Assembly (NCBI RefSeq): GCF_001194135.2
Contig: NC_068991.1
Coordinates: forward strand, 78,777,040-78,811,566
Reading direction: 5' to 3'
Length of the DNA stretch: 34,527 nucleotides
Origin: Octopus bimaculoides
Lineage: Eukaryota
Each line of letters opens with the position of its first letter. The stretch's first letter is position 1. Below are positions 24,875 through 34,527 of the stretch, piece by piece. The notes under the pieces are model-generated. The model did no database searches. It was not told the DNA's origin and was given only the letters and a program-made list of their open reading frames with translations. The position numbers and the translations under genes were made by a program.

Positions 24875-25366
24875 TTAACCTGCATGTTTGTCCCAGTCAC
24901 TTACTGAGACACACCCAGCGTCCTAGGGCGAGTGAAAGATAAGAGATGTTACAGTATGACTGAAAGCTTGGGGAGGGCAAGTGGCAGGGGCAGTAGCGAA
25001 ATAGCTTCATGTAATACAACACATACATTTAAATTCATGGCGTTTTCTAAGGATGTGGGCGGTACTTGTCAGTGCAATCTTTTAGATTTCTCTGAGACAT
25101 GGTTCTCCTGGGATCTTACCTAGATGTTTCTGACATCCCTTTCTTGACATACCTAGGGCATCCACAATAACAGGAGCAGTTCTCATTTTAAGATGCCACA
25201 TCTTTTGGATTTCCGTTTCCAAGTCATTAACTTTACTTAATTTGTTAAATTTCTTTATAAATATATTTTTATTGGTAGGAACACTTACATCTATTAGTCT
25301 ACAAATATTTTCTTCCCTGTCTTTAATGACTATCTCTGGTCGATTAGCCTGGATTGTTCTGTCGGT
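24875..25366 (-). mobile_element. R4/Dong-like LINE 3' fragment 2 (different family)
   Basis: TDRTIQANRPEIVIKD...CRLIDVSVP...EIQKMWHLK...PVIVDALG...KIALTSTAHILRK: the RLE PD-(D/E)xK region. Confidence 0.88.
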
Positions 25367-25407
25367 GTTATTATTGTTGTTGTTGCTGTTATTATCATCA
25401 TTATTAC

Positions 25408-25447
<40 letters not shown>

Positions 25448-25448
25448 G

Positions 25449-25770
25449 CAGTAGTGCAATTTTCTGTATATTATATATATTTGTAAGTCCTGGTGTTTTT
25501 GTTATGTATTTGTCTGAGTATTTTTTAATTTTTTATTATTATTATTATTATTATTGATCAGTAGTTTTATTTTTATAACGTGCTTTCACTTCACTACCGA
25601 GCGCAGCTCCGTGTGCCTTGGGTATGTGCTGTGGTTTGCTGTGATGCTCTTATGGTTACTGTATTGAAAGTGTTTTGCGTAGAATGTGTGCAGTACCCAG
25701 TAGTGCAATTTTCTGTATGTTATATATATTTGTAAGTCCTGGTGTTTTTGTTATGTATTTGTCTGAATAT
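25449..25770 (-). mobile_element. R4/Dong-like LINE 3' fragments 3 and 4 (third family; includes a 72-bp near-duplicate)
   Basis: SDKYITKTPGLTNIYNIQKIALLGTAHILRKTLSIQ* plus 3' UTR at 25557-25770. 25449-25520 duplicates 25698-25769 with 2 mismatches, separated by (TTA)n. Confidence 0.85.
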
Positions 25771-26250
25771 CGAGGTCTATATTTACATTATTTTTCTTCC
25801 ATATTTTATATGTATGTGTTGTTGCGTTTTCGTTTTTTGAGTAGAGCACTGCTGTGAAATAGGCGTGTNNNNNNNNNNNNNNNNNNNNNNNNNNNNNNNN
25901 NNNNNNNNNNNNNNNNNNNNNNNNNNNNNNNNNNNNNNNNNNNNNNNNNNNNNNNNNNNNNNNNNNNNNNNNNNNNNNNNNNNNNNNNNNNNNNNNNNNN
26001 NNNNNNNNNNNNNNNNNNNNNNNNNNNNNNNNNNNNNNNNNNNNNNNNNNNNNNNNNNNNNNNNNNNNNNNNNNNNNNNNNNNNNNNNNNNNNNNNNNNN
26101 NNNNNNNNNNNNNNNNNNNNNNNNNNNNNNNNNNNNNNNNNNNNNNNNNNNNNNNNNNNNNNNNNNNNNNNNNNNNNNNNNNNNNNNNNNNNNNNNNNNN
26201 NNNNNNNNNNNNNNNNNNNNNNNNNNNNNNNNNNNNNNNNNNNNNNNNNN

Positions 26251-26284
<34 letters not shown>

Positions 26285-26307
26285 CATCATCATCATCATC
26301 ATCATCA

Positions 26308-26338
<31 letters not shown>

Positions 26339-26351
26339 CATTATTATTATT

Positions 26352-26443
<92 letters not shown>

Positions 26444-26472
26444 CATCATCATTTTTATTATTATTATTATCA

Positions 26473-26503
<31 letters not shown>

Positions 26504-26529
26504 TATTATTATTACTATTATTATTATTA
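26251..26529. repeat. Long compound (TTA)n/(TCA)n microsatellite
   Basis: Read directly. It abuts an N-gap. Confidence 0.95.
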
Positions 26530-27321
26530 CATGTATTTATGTGTACGTATCCATGTATATATAAATGTATAATAATACATACATACATGCATATGTGTGA
26601 CCCATATATATTCATATACTTATAGGTATGTGGATGCAAACAAGAAACTAGAACTCAAAATGTGTAGTTTTTATGAATATTTAGCAGAAGTAGCAATGCA
26701 TGTCTCTAAATGCTACTAATAGTTTCATGTGCTGAGATATATCTTAAACATATATTCATCAGACACAAACCACATATCATGACAAACCACATATCATGAC
26801 AAACTAAAAATAGTGAATAAGAGAAGGAACGCAAAAAAAAGCTGAGAAGGCAGACGCGGAAGGTTAAAAAAAACCAAAAACAGGAAATGAAAAAGTAAAA
26901 TATAAAAGTTAAAAACTATAATGTAAAAAATAAAAGAAGTAAAAGAGTTATCTTCCTTAGACCTTAAATTATAAGTCTGGAAAGATATCAACGAGTTAAT
27001 CAGGTACAGGCGGAGTTTTACCATGCTTCAAACGATATTTACACATAGGTTTGCAACCGCTGAAAATTTCCTACCTAGAGTTCAGAAGAGAGTTAAGGAT
27101 CTTAAACCTGAAAATGATTTGAGGTATTTCAGTTAAACATACCCTACATTTATTTTATCCATATTTATCTCTCACTGGATGGAGTGCTTTTTTCGTTGAT
27201 CCTTCTATCTCGCGGATATGTGTGTGTGTGTGCGCGCATCCAATGTAGGGTGTATATATATACTTATATATAAATACATACATGTATATAAATACATACA
27301 TACATACACACACACACACAG

Positions 27322-27378
<57 letters not shown>

Positions 27379-27543
27379 TGAATAGATTTATATATTTGTC
27401 TGTCTATGTGTGTATGTATTATGTATGTATGTATGTATGTTTGTATGTATGTATCTGTCTGTCTGTCTCTTTGTCTGCCTATTTATCTATCTGTGTGTGT
27501 GTTTGTATATAGTATAATCATAAATTCTCGCTTTTCATTTCAG

Positions 27544-27771
27544 AATAATCGAGCAGTTTTTGAACTGGGTAACGTCACTAATACCGGAACTGCAACCAGC
27601 AATTACAATGACAGTCTCATTAAAATTGTGTTTATAGTTATCATGATTGATTCTGCAACGGATCTTTCAGTTAATGGTAAATCATTTTGGCTCAGTGCTG
27701 GTGTTGAATACAACAACAAAGACGACATATGGATTGGTCAAAAATCTTTTGTCGCCAGACAAGTTACCAAC
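27544..27771 (+). CDS. Coding exon 7, second half of repeat R1
   Basis: Acceptor ttttcatttcag|, donor AAC|gtgagt. Phase 0-0, 76 codons NNRAVFELGNVTNTG...GKSFWLSAGVEYNNKDDIWIGQKSFVARQVTN. Confidence 0.9.
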
Positions 27772-28122
27772 GTGAGTGTGTTTCCGTTATCGTAATCATG
27801 TTTAATCTCAATTCACCACCATATTTTCGTATTATAGCTTTAATGTGAAATAATTAAATCGAAGTTTACTTTGTGAAGCGACAGTTATTTTCGTTCTGTT
27901 CTGTTGTGTGAAGATATTGATTGAATGATATTCTGGAAAGTTTCAAACACTTTGGCGTTACGTAAGATTAAATACTTGTTTACCATATGAGACTGAAATT
28001 ACTTTTATTCTGCAGTGTAAAGGCAGAAAAAAAACAGAAAAATAAAAAAAGTAGTAAGAAAGAAAAATAAGCAAGAATATAGTCACTAGCAGGGATTTTC
28101 CATAATCTTGGGATATTAATTG

Positions 28123-28700
28123 GGATCTTTTTTAAAACGGGGGCCACATTCTTCATTAATGTTTTACGTAGTGTTTTTGGTACCGAAAGACTTTCAAACT
28201 TCGTATACTTATCTATTTTGTGTTATAGAACAGAAAAATATTTTTGTATTCGAATTTATTTCTTGTAAAAAATTGTCTTATTTCGATAATTTCAACCAAT
28301 CACTGACGTCCATTCAGCCGATATACATTAAGTGCCGACTACATAAACAAACGATTCTTCGTTTTATTTGCTTTTTTCATTTTAAATTTGCTTTAACCCT
28401 AACCCTAACCCTAAGGTTAGGGTTAGGGTTAGAGTTAGGGTTAGAGTTAGGGTTAGGGTTAATTGTTTCAGAATCGTTTGTTTATGTAGTCGGCACTTAA
28501 TGTATATCGGCTGAATGGACGTCAGTGATTGGTTGAAATTACAGAAATACGACAACTTTAACATGGAATAATTTATGGATTTCTTTTTTTTTTAAGAAGA
28601 CTAAGAGAAAAAGATGTTTTATATGACACATTCTGCCAGTGTTCCAAGTTTCAAAGTGTTTCGTTAATGAAAAATGTGGCCCCCGTTTTAAAAAAGATCC
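28123..28700. mobile_element. Palindromic MITE (Merlin-like by TIR/TSD) with internal telomere-type repeats
   Basis: Perfect 8-bp TSD attaattg (28115-28122, 28701-28708). About 38-bp TIRs start ggatcttttttaaaacgggggccacatt. Perfect 72-bp inner IR (28287-28358 / 28470-28541). The centre is (TAACCC)3 followed by TTAGGG/TTAGAG repeats. Confidence 0.88.
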
Positions 28701-29163
28701 ATTAATTGAATATCATGGAGACGGAACACAATTAGGATGACATACGAACGACCGAGAGCCGGATTCATAAGATAGAATCGTACTACGAAACTATTTAGCT
28801 TTGCATTATGCTTACGTCAAAATAAAACTCCTCGTGAAAGAATTGTTGCAATACCAGATAAACCATTCCTCTACTTTAATTTTTTTTTTTTTATACGCCA
28901 CACTTAAGTTTTCATTCATCACTGGATACTTTCGGATAGGAATTGTGGATTACCAAAGATGATGGGTGACTTAGCTGTCTACTTTGTGTGTACTTCCGTC
29001 TTGCCAGTTCCCGACATGCTTCACTTTAATCTAACTTGATCCCCCATTGATTCCTTGTAATCAAAACTATCATGTATATGAACTGTGTGAAATTGTTGAT
29101 AAGTGAGATTAATAGTTATTTTATTTTCAATGATTTTATTCCAATTACTACATTTACTTTCAG

Positions 29164-29461
29164 TTCAATGCAACCCCTGCTTCGTTTACTCTAACTGGAC
29201 CTTCTGAAGTTAGTGTGGACGCCTCAGCTTTGTTTAAGCTGAAGTTAAACCTTCCTATTTTAGCAAACGAAATAAAAATTGATGTGTTCCCTCCTCTGAA
29301 TGTATCATCCGTAATGACTGTATGTAACATAAGAGTTACAGGATATGGCCGTAATTTTGAGTGTTTAAACACATCGAGTATAGCAAGTAGTCTCACTGAA
29401 TCTGAAATAGATTCGGGGTATTCAAGAGGACATCTGGATATGGGATACATCACCAATTCAA
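29164..29461 (+). CDS. Coding exon 8, first part of repeat R2
   Basis: Acceptor catttactttcag|, donor A|gtacgt. Phase 0-1. Encodes FNATPASFTLTGPSEV...VCNIRVTGYGRNFEC...LDMGYITNS and aligns by eye to exon 6. Confidence 0.9.
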
Positions 29462-29949
29462 GTACGTATATGATGACTTTTTATTTTTTTAGCTATAAAG
29501 AAGTTTAAAAGATCGGAAGGAAAAAAATAAATATCATGTTGTTGACATCATAAGTGTCTTATAAACTTTCAAGAGAACGTGAAATAAATATCTTTTGGTA
29601 TAGCGTATCTCGAAGCAGTCTCGTGAAGGTGTAAACACTAGCATGTAAAGACTGCCTTCGACTTTTTCTCTCCAAAATGATTTTTCATTCCAATATTTGC
29701 ATGCTGTTGTTTATTTCTTTTATGTGTACACTTCGAGATGTACTGTTAAAAAAATGGGAGATTGCCTGTATTGATTCCGTATATTCTTCGGAAAATGTAA
29801 GTGAAACAAACGTCTCTAGAATGAAGCGTTGGACAATGCAATAACGCCTCGTAACATCACTCGCTAAAGCTTCTCTAATGTTAACAGGATGCAAAGTTAG
29901 CTTGTTTACCATATTTTTCGCCCCCACCTCTCTCTCTCTATCTCTCACT

Positions 29950-29963
29950 ATCTATCGATCGAT

Positions 29964-30016
<53 letters not shown>

Positions 30017-30075
30017 CATCTATCTATCTATCTGTATGTCTGTCTGTCTGTATGTCTGTATGTCTGTCTCTGTCT
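29950..30075. repeat. (TATC)n/(TGTC)n microsatellite
   Basis: Read directly. Confidence 0.9.
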
Positions 30076-31369
30076 CTTTGTCAAACAAATTATGTAAGCA
30101 ATGCTTGCACTATATATTTGGCAACTATTTCGTTAGTTTGTAATATTGGATCCGTACCATACCACGTCCATGACTAGGCGAACTCCTCATTCTCCAAAAC
30201 AGAGCTGTCACTGGCCAGCGAGTATGATTTGATAACAAACACCGTGCTTTCGTTAATTGTTTTTCGATTCCAACGTAGTCGCGGTCAGGCAGTGAAAACC
30301 TCTCAGCCTCTTCATCCTTCAAAGACAGAAGATGAAACTACTGGAAGGAAAGAGGACTGCATCAGTAGAGAGCAAGTACGTACTCATTTTCAGCTATGTA
30401 GAGGGGAAAAAATATGAACTGAAATGTGTTGATCAAGCATGCAACACGCTATCCGGTTCCAGAATCAAACCCGTGGCCTTACAATCATCCTCAGCAGAAA
30501 ATGAACTGAAGCAGAATGCTGTTGCAGCTCCCCCCTCCGGCTATCACTTTCTCGGTGTCCCACTGGCTCAAGGACTGCAGGACCAATAGCATATCTATAT
30601 CTGATCGCAACTATAAAGACACCTAAAACAATCGGTGCAAGCGCGATATGGGCTGCCAAGCTATACTCACTAATGACGACTGTTAAGCTTCATTTTAGTC
30701 AGGGGAGAAAGCTTGTGCTATTTGCACGTGGTATCTAGCAACGGCGCACATCCCAGATCCATCTACTTGCAAAATTAACTTCTTTGCCCTAAACACATTA
30801 ACACAATAGATCGAGTTGAATATTTGGAGTATTGACTAATAACCGCTTAACCGTGTATAATGTACATTTGAAACAGACCACCAAAACCAATCAGATTATG
30901 TTTCGCCGCAGCGGGCTAATAAGACCAGACCACTTAAGGGATTATCACCACATAGCAACAGACCAGATACGTCACTGCCATCGATATTTAATTCACTATC
31001 ATTAATTAAAATTTCTAGGTTATCACCCCCGTGTATTTTTAAATCCGTATTAGTGAATTAAAATCTGATTATTCTAATCTCTAAAGATGAGATTTTAGTT
31101 CAATTAAAATTTCTTGGCTTCTTGAATCAAATATGTCAGCGCAGAAAACACATAGTATATATATTAATATGTTTGATTAAGAAAAATGAACTTGATTGAA
31201 ATGCTTTCTTTGCGAATAAAATATACTGAGCTTCGTTGGGATGTGATCATCAACACATTATTATGATTTTTGATACATTAACCATTAAGCTAGCATGATT
31301 TGATTTTCCTTTTATTTTTTTTTTTACATTGAAGGGATTAAACACAGTTCTACATCTTTTCCTTTTCAG

Positions 31370-31557
31370 TGGTACGATCAAATGCGCATGATAGTAATGA
31401 AGACTATTTTGATGTAGAGTTTACATTGAATACGTTTAATGACACATCTTTAATTGGCAAAACGGTATACGTCGGTGCTGCTGTTATGATGGGACCTGAT
31501 TATATCTGGACATCTCGGAAACCAATTCAAATAAAAGCAATTCAGCCATTCACAATT
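31370..31557 (+). CDS. Coding exon 9, second part of repeat R2
   Basis: Acceptor tttccttttcag|, donor ATT|gtaaga. Phase 1-0. Encodes (M)VRSNAHDSNEDYFDVEF...GKTVYVGAAVMMGPDYIWTSRKPI..., homologous to exon 7. Confidence 0.88.
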
Positions 31558-31612
31558 GTAAGATTAAAATTCATTGTATTTCATTATGCTAAAAATACTC
31601 AGGCACAACCGC

Positions 31613-31687
<75 letters not shown>

Positions 31688-31807
31688 CAACACACACATA
31701 AACGTATCTCAGAATTATATACATACATGCATATCTATCTATCTATCTATCTAATTATTTACATATCTGTCAAATCTTTTTATCATTTCTCCTTCATTCC
31801 CTAACTA

Positions 31808-31848
<41 letters not shown>

Positions 31849-32179
31849 NNNNNNNNNNNNNNNNNNNNNNNNNNNNNNNNNNNNNNNNNNNNNNNNNNNN
31901 NNNNNNNNNNNNNNNNNNNNATATACACCAGAAAAAGAAGAAAAATAAGCACAACCAACAGGTGAAGCACCCATTACAAGAACCAACACCAACCATACAA
32001 ACCGCTGTAGTCAGCTTCCGACATTAAAGATTACTACAATTTCGGCAAATTATACATGAATACATAGCATAAACATAACATACCTAATCTGCGTATAAGC
32101 AGTTCATTTTGGTGCAGGAACCAAGTGTTGTTCTACTGAAGTGTTTGTGTACGTGTGTATGATTTTTCTTTGAGTTTAA

Positions 32180-32730
32180 TTTAAGTTTTCCTTGAGAGAA
32201 TTCAAGCCGGCTGCTAACAAAGCAAGACTACATTTTCAGTTAGTTGGTGAGCGGGTGGAAGTGTCGATGCATACACCCAAGTGTGTGTATCTATTCCCAT
32301 AAGAATCTCACATGGAGAATTTGCGGAATGTCTTACTAATCTTCACCGTGCCACTATTAGATTGGATTTGGAGAATCTGCGTCAGTTTCTGTTATTCTTT
32401 CTCCACGAAGCCAAATATTTCTAAGTTTTCGTGCAAATTTGTTGGTACATAACCTAATGCACCTATGATGATAGGGACAAATAAGAATTCATGGTCAAAC
32501 TACAAAAGTTCCACATTAATTCGCCATAGATGTTCTTATTTTCCTGGACTTTTCATTGTACATTTACATCAGCTGGGGAGCTGACTTTCACAAAAGTGTT
32601 TGACTTCTGTCCCCTGTCCCACAGAACAAAATCAGGTCTTTTATGTTTGCACCGAAATGATGCTTTTATTGGAGTGTCACACCAGTATTCCTTGTTTTTA
32701 AAGGTATGAGTACCTGCTGGTTGGGACATG
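32180..32730 (-). mobile_element. R4-type RLE LINE 3' fragment
   Basis: YWCDTPIKASFRCKHKRPDFVLWD...VKVSSPADVNV...VPIIIGALGYVP...GTVKISKTFRKF with stops and a frameshift. Confidence 0.8.
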
Positions 32731-32934
32731 AAGTATACATGTGTGTATGTATGTATGTATGTATGTATGTATGTATGTATGTATGCATGCATGTATGAAA
32801 ACAAAGAACTAATGCAGCAGGCTTTTTAAAATGTGAAGAGAAAATTAACAATGTGTGACATTTTTCAACTGAACCAGCCATTTAGAGAGGAAAAATAGTG
32901 TTTAAATTCGTTATGAGAAATTTCAACTACGTTT

Positions 32935-33600
32935 CGTGGTTTGTTACCTCAACAGCTCTTTTTTAGGATTCAGTGGTTAAGGACATTATCAGAAAGAATT
33001 ACGTCCGATTTCGACCCTTACTCATTTACTGTCTTCGACGTGGCGGCACTGCTACCTTTAGGAGTTGTCTTCAGCTCTGATGTTGAGTGCGTTTCTTTCT
33101 GTTTTCTTTGGCCCCCTTTTTTTTAATCTTTTCACATAGTGGTTTTATCCCTTCCCTTTCCTCTTCCTTTGCACTCCTCCGTTTGGGTCTTAGTTTTTCT
33201 TTTCTTCTTTTTTTTCATTTCCTTGCGATCTGTCTTTCTTTGCCGATGATTCTCCATTCCCTGTTGTTTCAAGTACAAATGTTTTCTCTCCTTCATGATA
33301 GATTATATTAACCAAGTTCTCGAGCTTTTTTTCCGTTGTTCCCTTTGAATTTGATGGTCATTCTTGCTACCACGTCGTCGAATTTCTTATAGCTCACTGC
33401 ATCATTTATTTTCAGCCACTTAACCTATGGCTTCTTCACGCCTATCTCTTTTCCTGGCTGTTGCGTTTCATCTGTGGAATAACCTTCGCTACGGTTTCTT
33501 TCCAGGGGTTCTGGCCACACGTCTTCTAGTTTTTCAACCCGCACTTTCTTCTGACACACATTTCCTTGGTGAATTCTAAGCCCGATGTAACTAGAAAACC
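32935..33600 (-). mobile_element. 5' ORF fragment of an R2/NeSL(HERO)-like RLE retrotransposon
   Basis: GLRIHQGNVC (zinc-finger-like), VKWLKIND..KFDD..KLENLVNIIY, RQRKTDRKEMKKRRKEKLRPKRRSAKEEEREGIKPLCEKIK. These resemble the pre-RT region of HERO/NeSL elements. Pattern recognition only. Confidence 0.6.
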
Positions 33601-33661
33601 ATTTTACATGAGTAGTAAAAGAGATGTTTATTTGCTGAACTTTTAAATCTTTTGTCATTTA

Positions 33662-33692
<31 letters not shown>

Positions 33693-33719
33693 GTTTTTTT
33701 AAATATATATGTTTTTTAG

Positions 33720-34169
33720 GCACAAACCATTCAATCTGAAATCAAAGGAGGGAAACTAACAGTACGCGCCAATGAACCAGCCATCACTTTCCTTCATCTT
33801 TTCATTCAGAATGAAGGAGTATCTAGCATTGCTATCAAATTGAACTTACCATCAAATTCTATGTCATCGTTTGAAATTTGCAGCTTATCTACAGTAAGCA
33901 CCGGAATCAACATACCTTGTATTAAACAGAAGCAAACATTCTATCACATTGCGGAAAGCGAAGCAATTTTGAATCTTGGAACAGTAGAGGCATTCACAAC
34001 AGGCAATAACACATATAATGAAATTATAATACAACTGGTAGTTAAACCTAGAGAAACTATTGCAAAAGGAACTTACGCTATAAATGTAGAAGTAACGTCA
34101 GAATCAACGACTACCAATACCACACAGTTGACTTATAACGTTAGTGTTTTCAACGACTCCACTACAGCA
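33720..34169 (+). CDS. Coding exon 10, complete repeat R3; gene continues beyond the window
   Basis: Acceptor gttttttag|, donor GCA|gtaaga. Phase 0-0, 150 open codons AQTIQSEIKGG...EICSLSTVSTGINIPC...LNLGTV...NDSTTA. No stop codon before the donor. Confidence 0.88.
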
Positions 34170-34268
34170 GTAAGAATCAATTTTTGTATATACCATTAAC
34201 TGTTTTAACATTTCTTTTCACGGAAACTTGAATTAACAAAATTAAAATGTTTATTATGTGAGTATATA

Positions 34269-34379
34269 CGAGAGGTGTATGAAAAGTCTTGAGCCTCAAA
34301 AAGAAAAAAAAATACATGGTACAACACTTCTGATGAAGGTATAAGACTTCAAGGCTCAAAACGTTTCATACACCCCTCG
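34269..34379. mobile_element. Short mariner-type MITE (111 bp)
   Basis: 28-bp TIRs cgagaggtgtatgaaaagtcttgagcct / aggctcaaaacgtttcatacacccctcg, flanked by TA on both sides. Confidence 0.85.
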
Positions 34380-34496
34380 TATATCTAAACGCACATACCC
34401 ACCCAAGCGTACATACACCCACATATATATTATATAAGTATATACGGTGCCCCAGCTTGGCCACAGCCTCAGAGTTGAAACATGTATTAGAATAAA

Positions 34497-34527
<31 letters not shown>

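Noticed and set aside
28394-28461. Telomere-telomere fusion scar
   Set aside because: The order is (CCCTAA)n then (TTAGGG)n, the opposite of an end-to-end fusion, and it lies inside a TSD-flanked MITE.
30125-30322. Minus-strand ORF with RWPVTALFW...GRG, reminiscent of an RTE 3' region
   Set aside because: Similarity is too weak to call without a profile search.
34330-34350. CTGATGA followed by a small hairpin (hammerhead-like)
   Set aside because: It is followed by CAAG rather than GAAA, has no stems I or III, and lies inside a mariner MITE.

Overview
Eukaryotic (animal) genomic scaffold that is AT-rich, very rich in microsatellites and has six N-gaps. Repeat families and microsatellite density suggest a coleoid cephalopod such as Octopus; this is inference from pattern recognition, not a search. 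The window is spanned by one + strand multi-exon gene that I reconstructed by hand: 10 coding exons (1184-1238, 12338-12377, 17598-17683, 18732-18981, 20205-20358, 23500-23772, 27544-27771, 29164-29461, 31370-31557, 33720-34169). All introns are GT-AG with compatible phases, giving 2022 nt / 674 aa that continue past the window end. The product is signal peptide - EGF-like domain - single divergent cadherin repeat - furin site (RRKR) - at least three ~150-167 aa beta-rich repeats that I cannot assign to a named family. The introns hold tRNA-derived SINEs, CR1/L2, RTE, R4/Dong-like and HERO-like LINE fragments, a Penelope-like RT relic and mariner, hAT and Merlin-like MITEs. They also hold several fold-back elements and hammerhead-ribozyme-like motifs.
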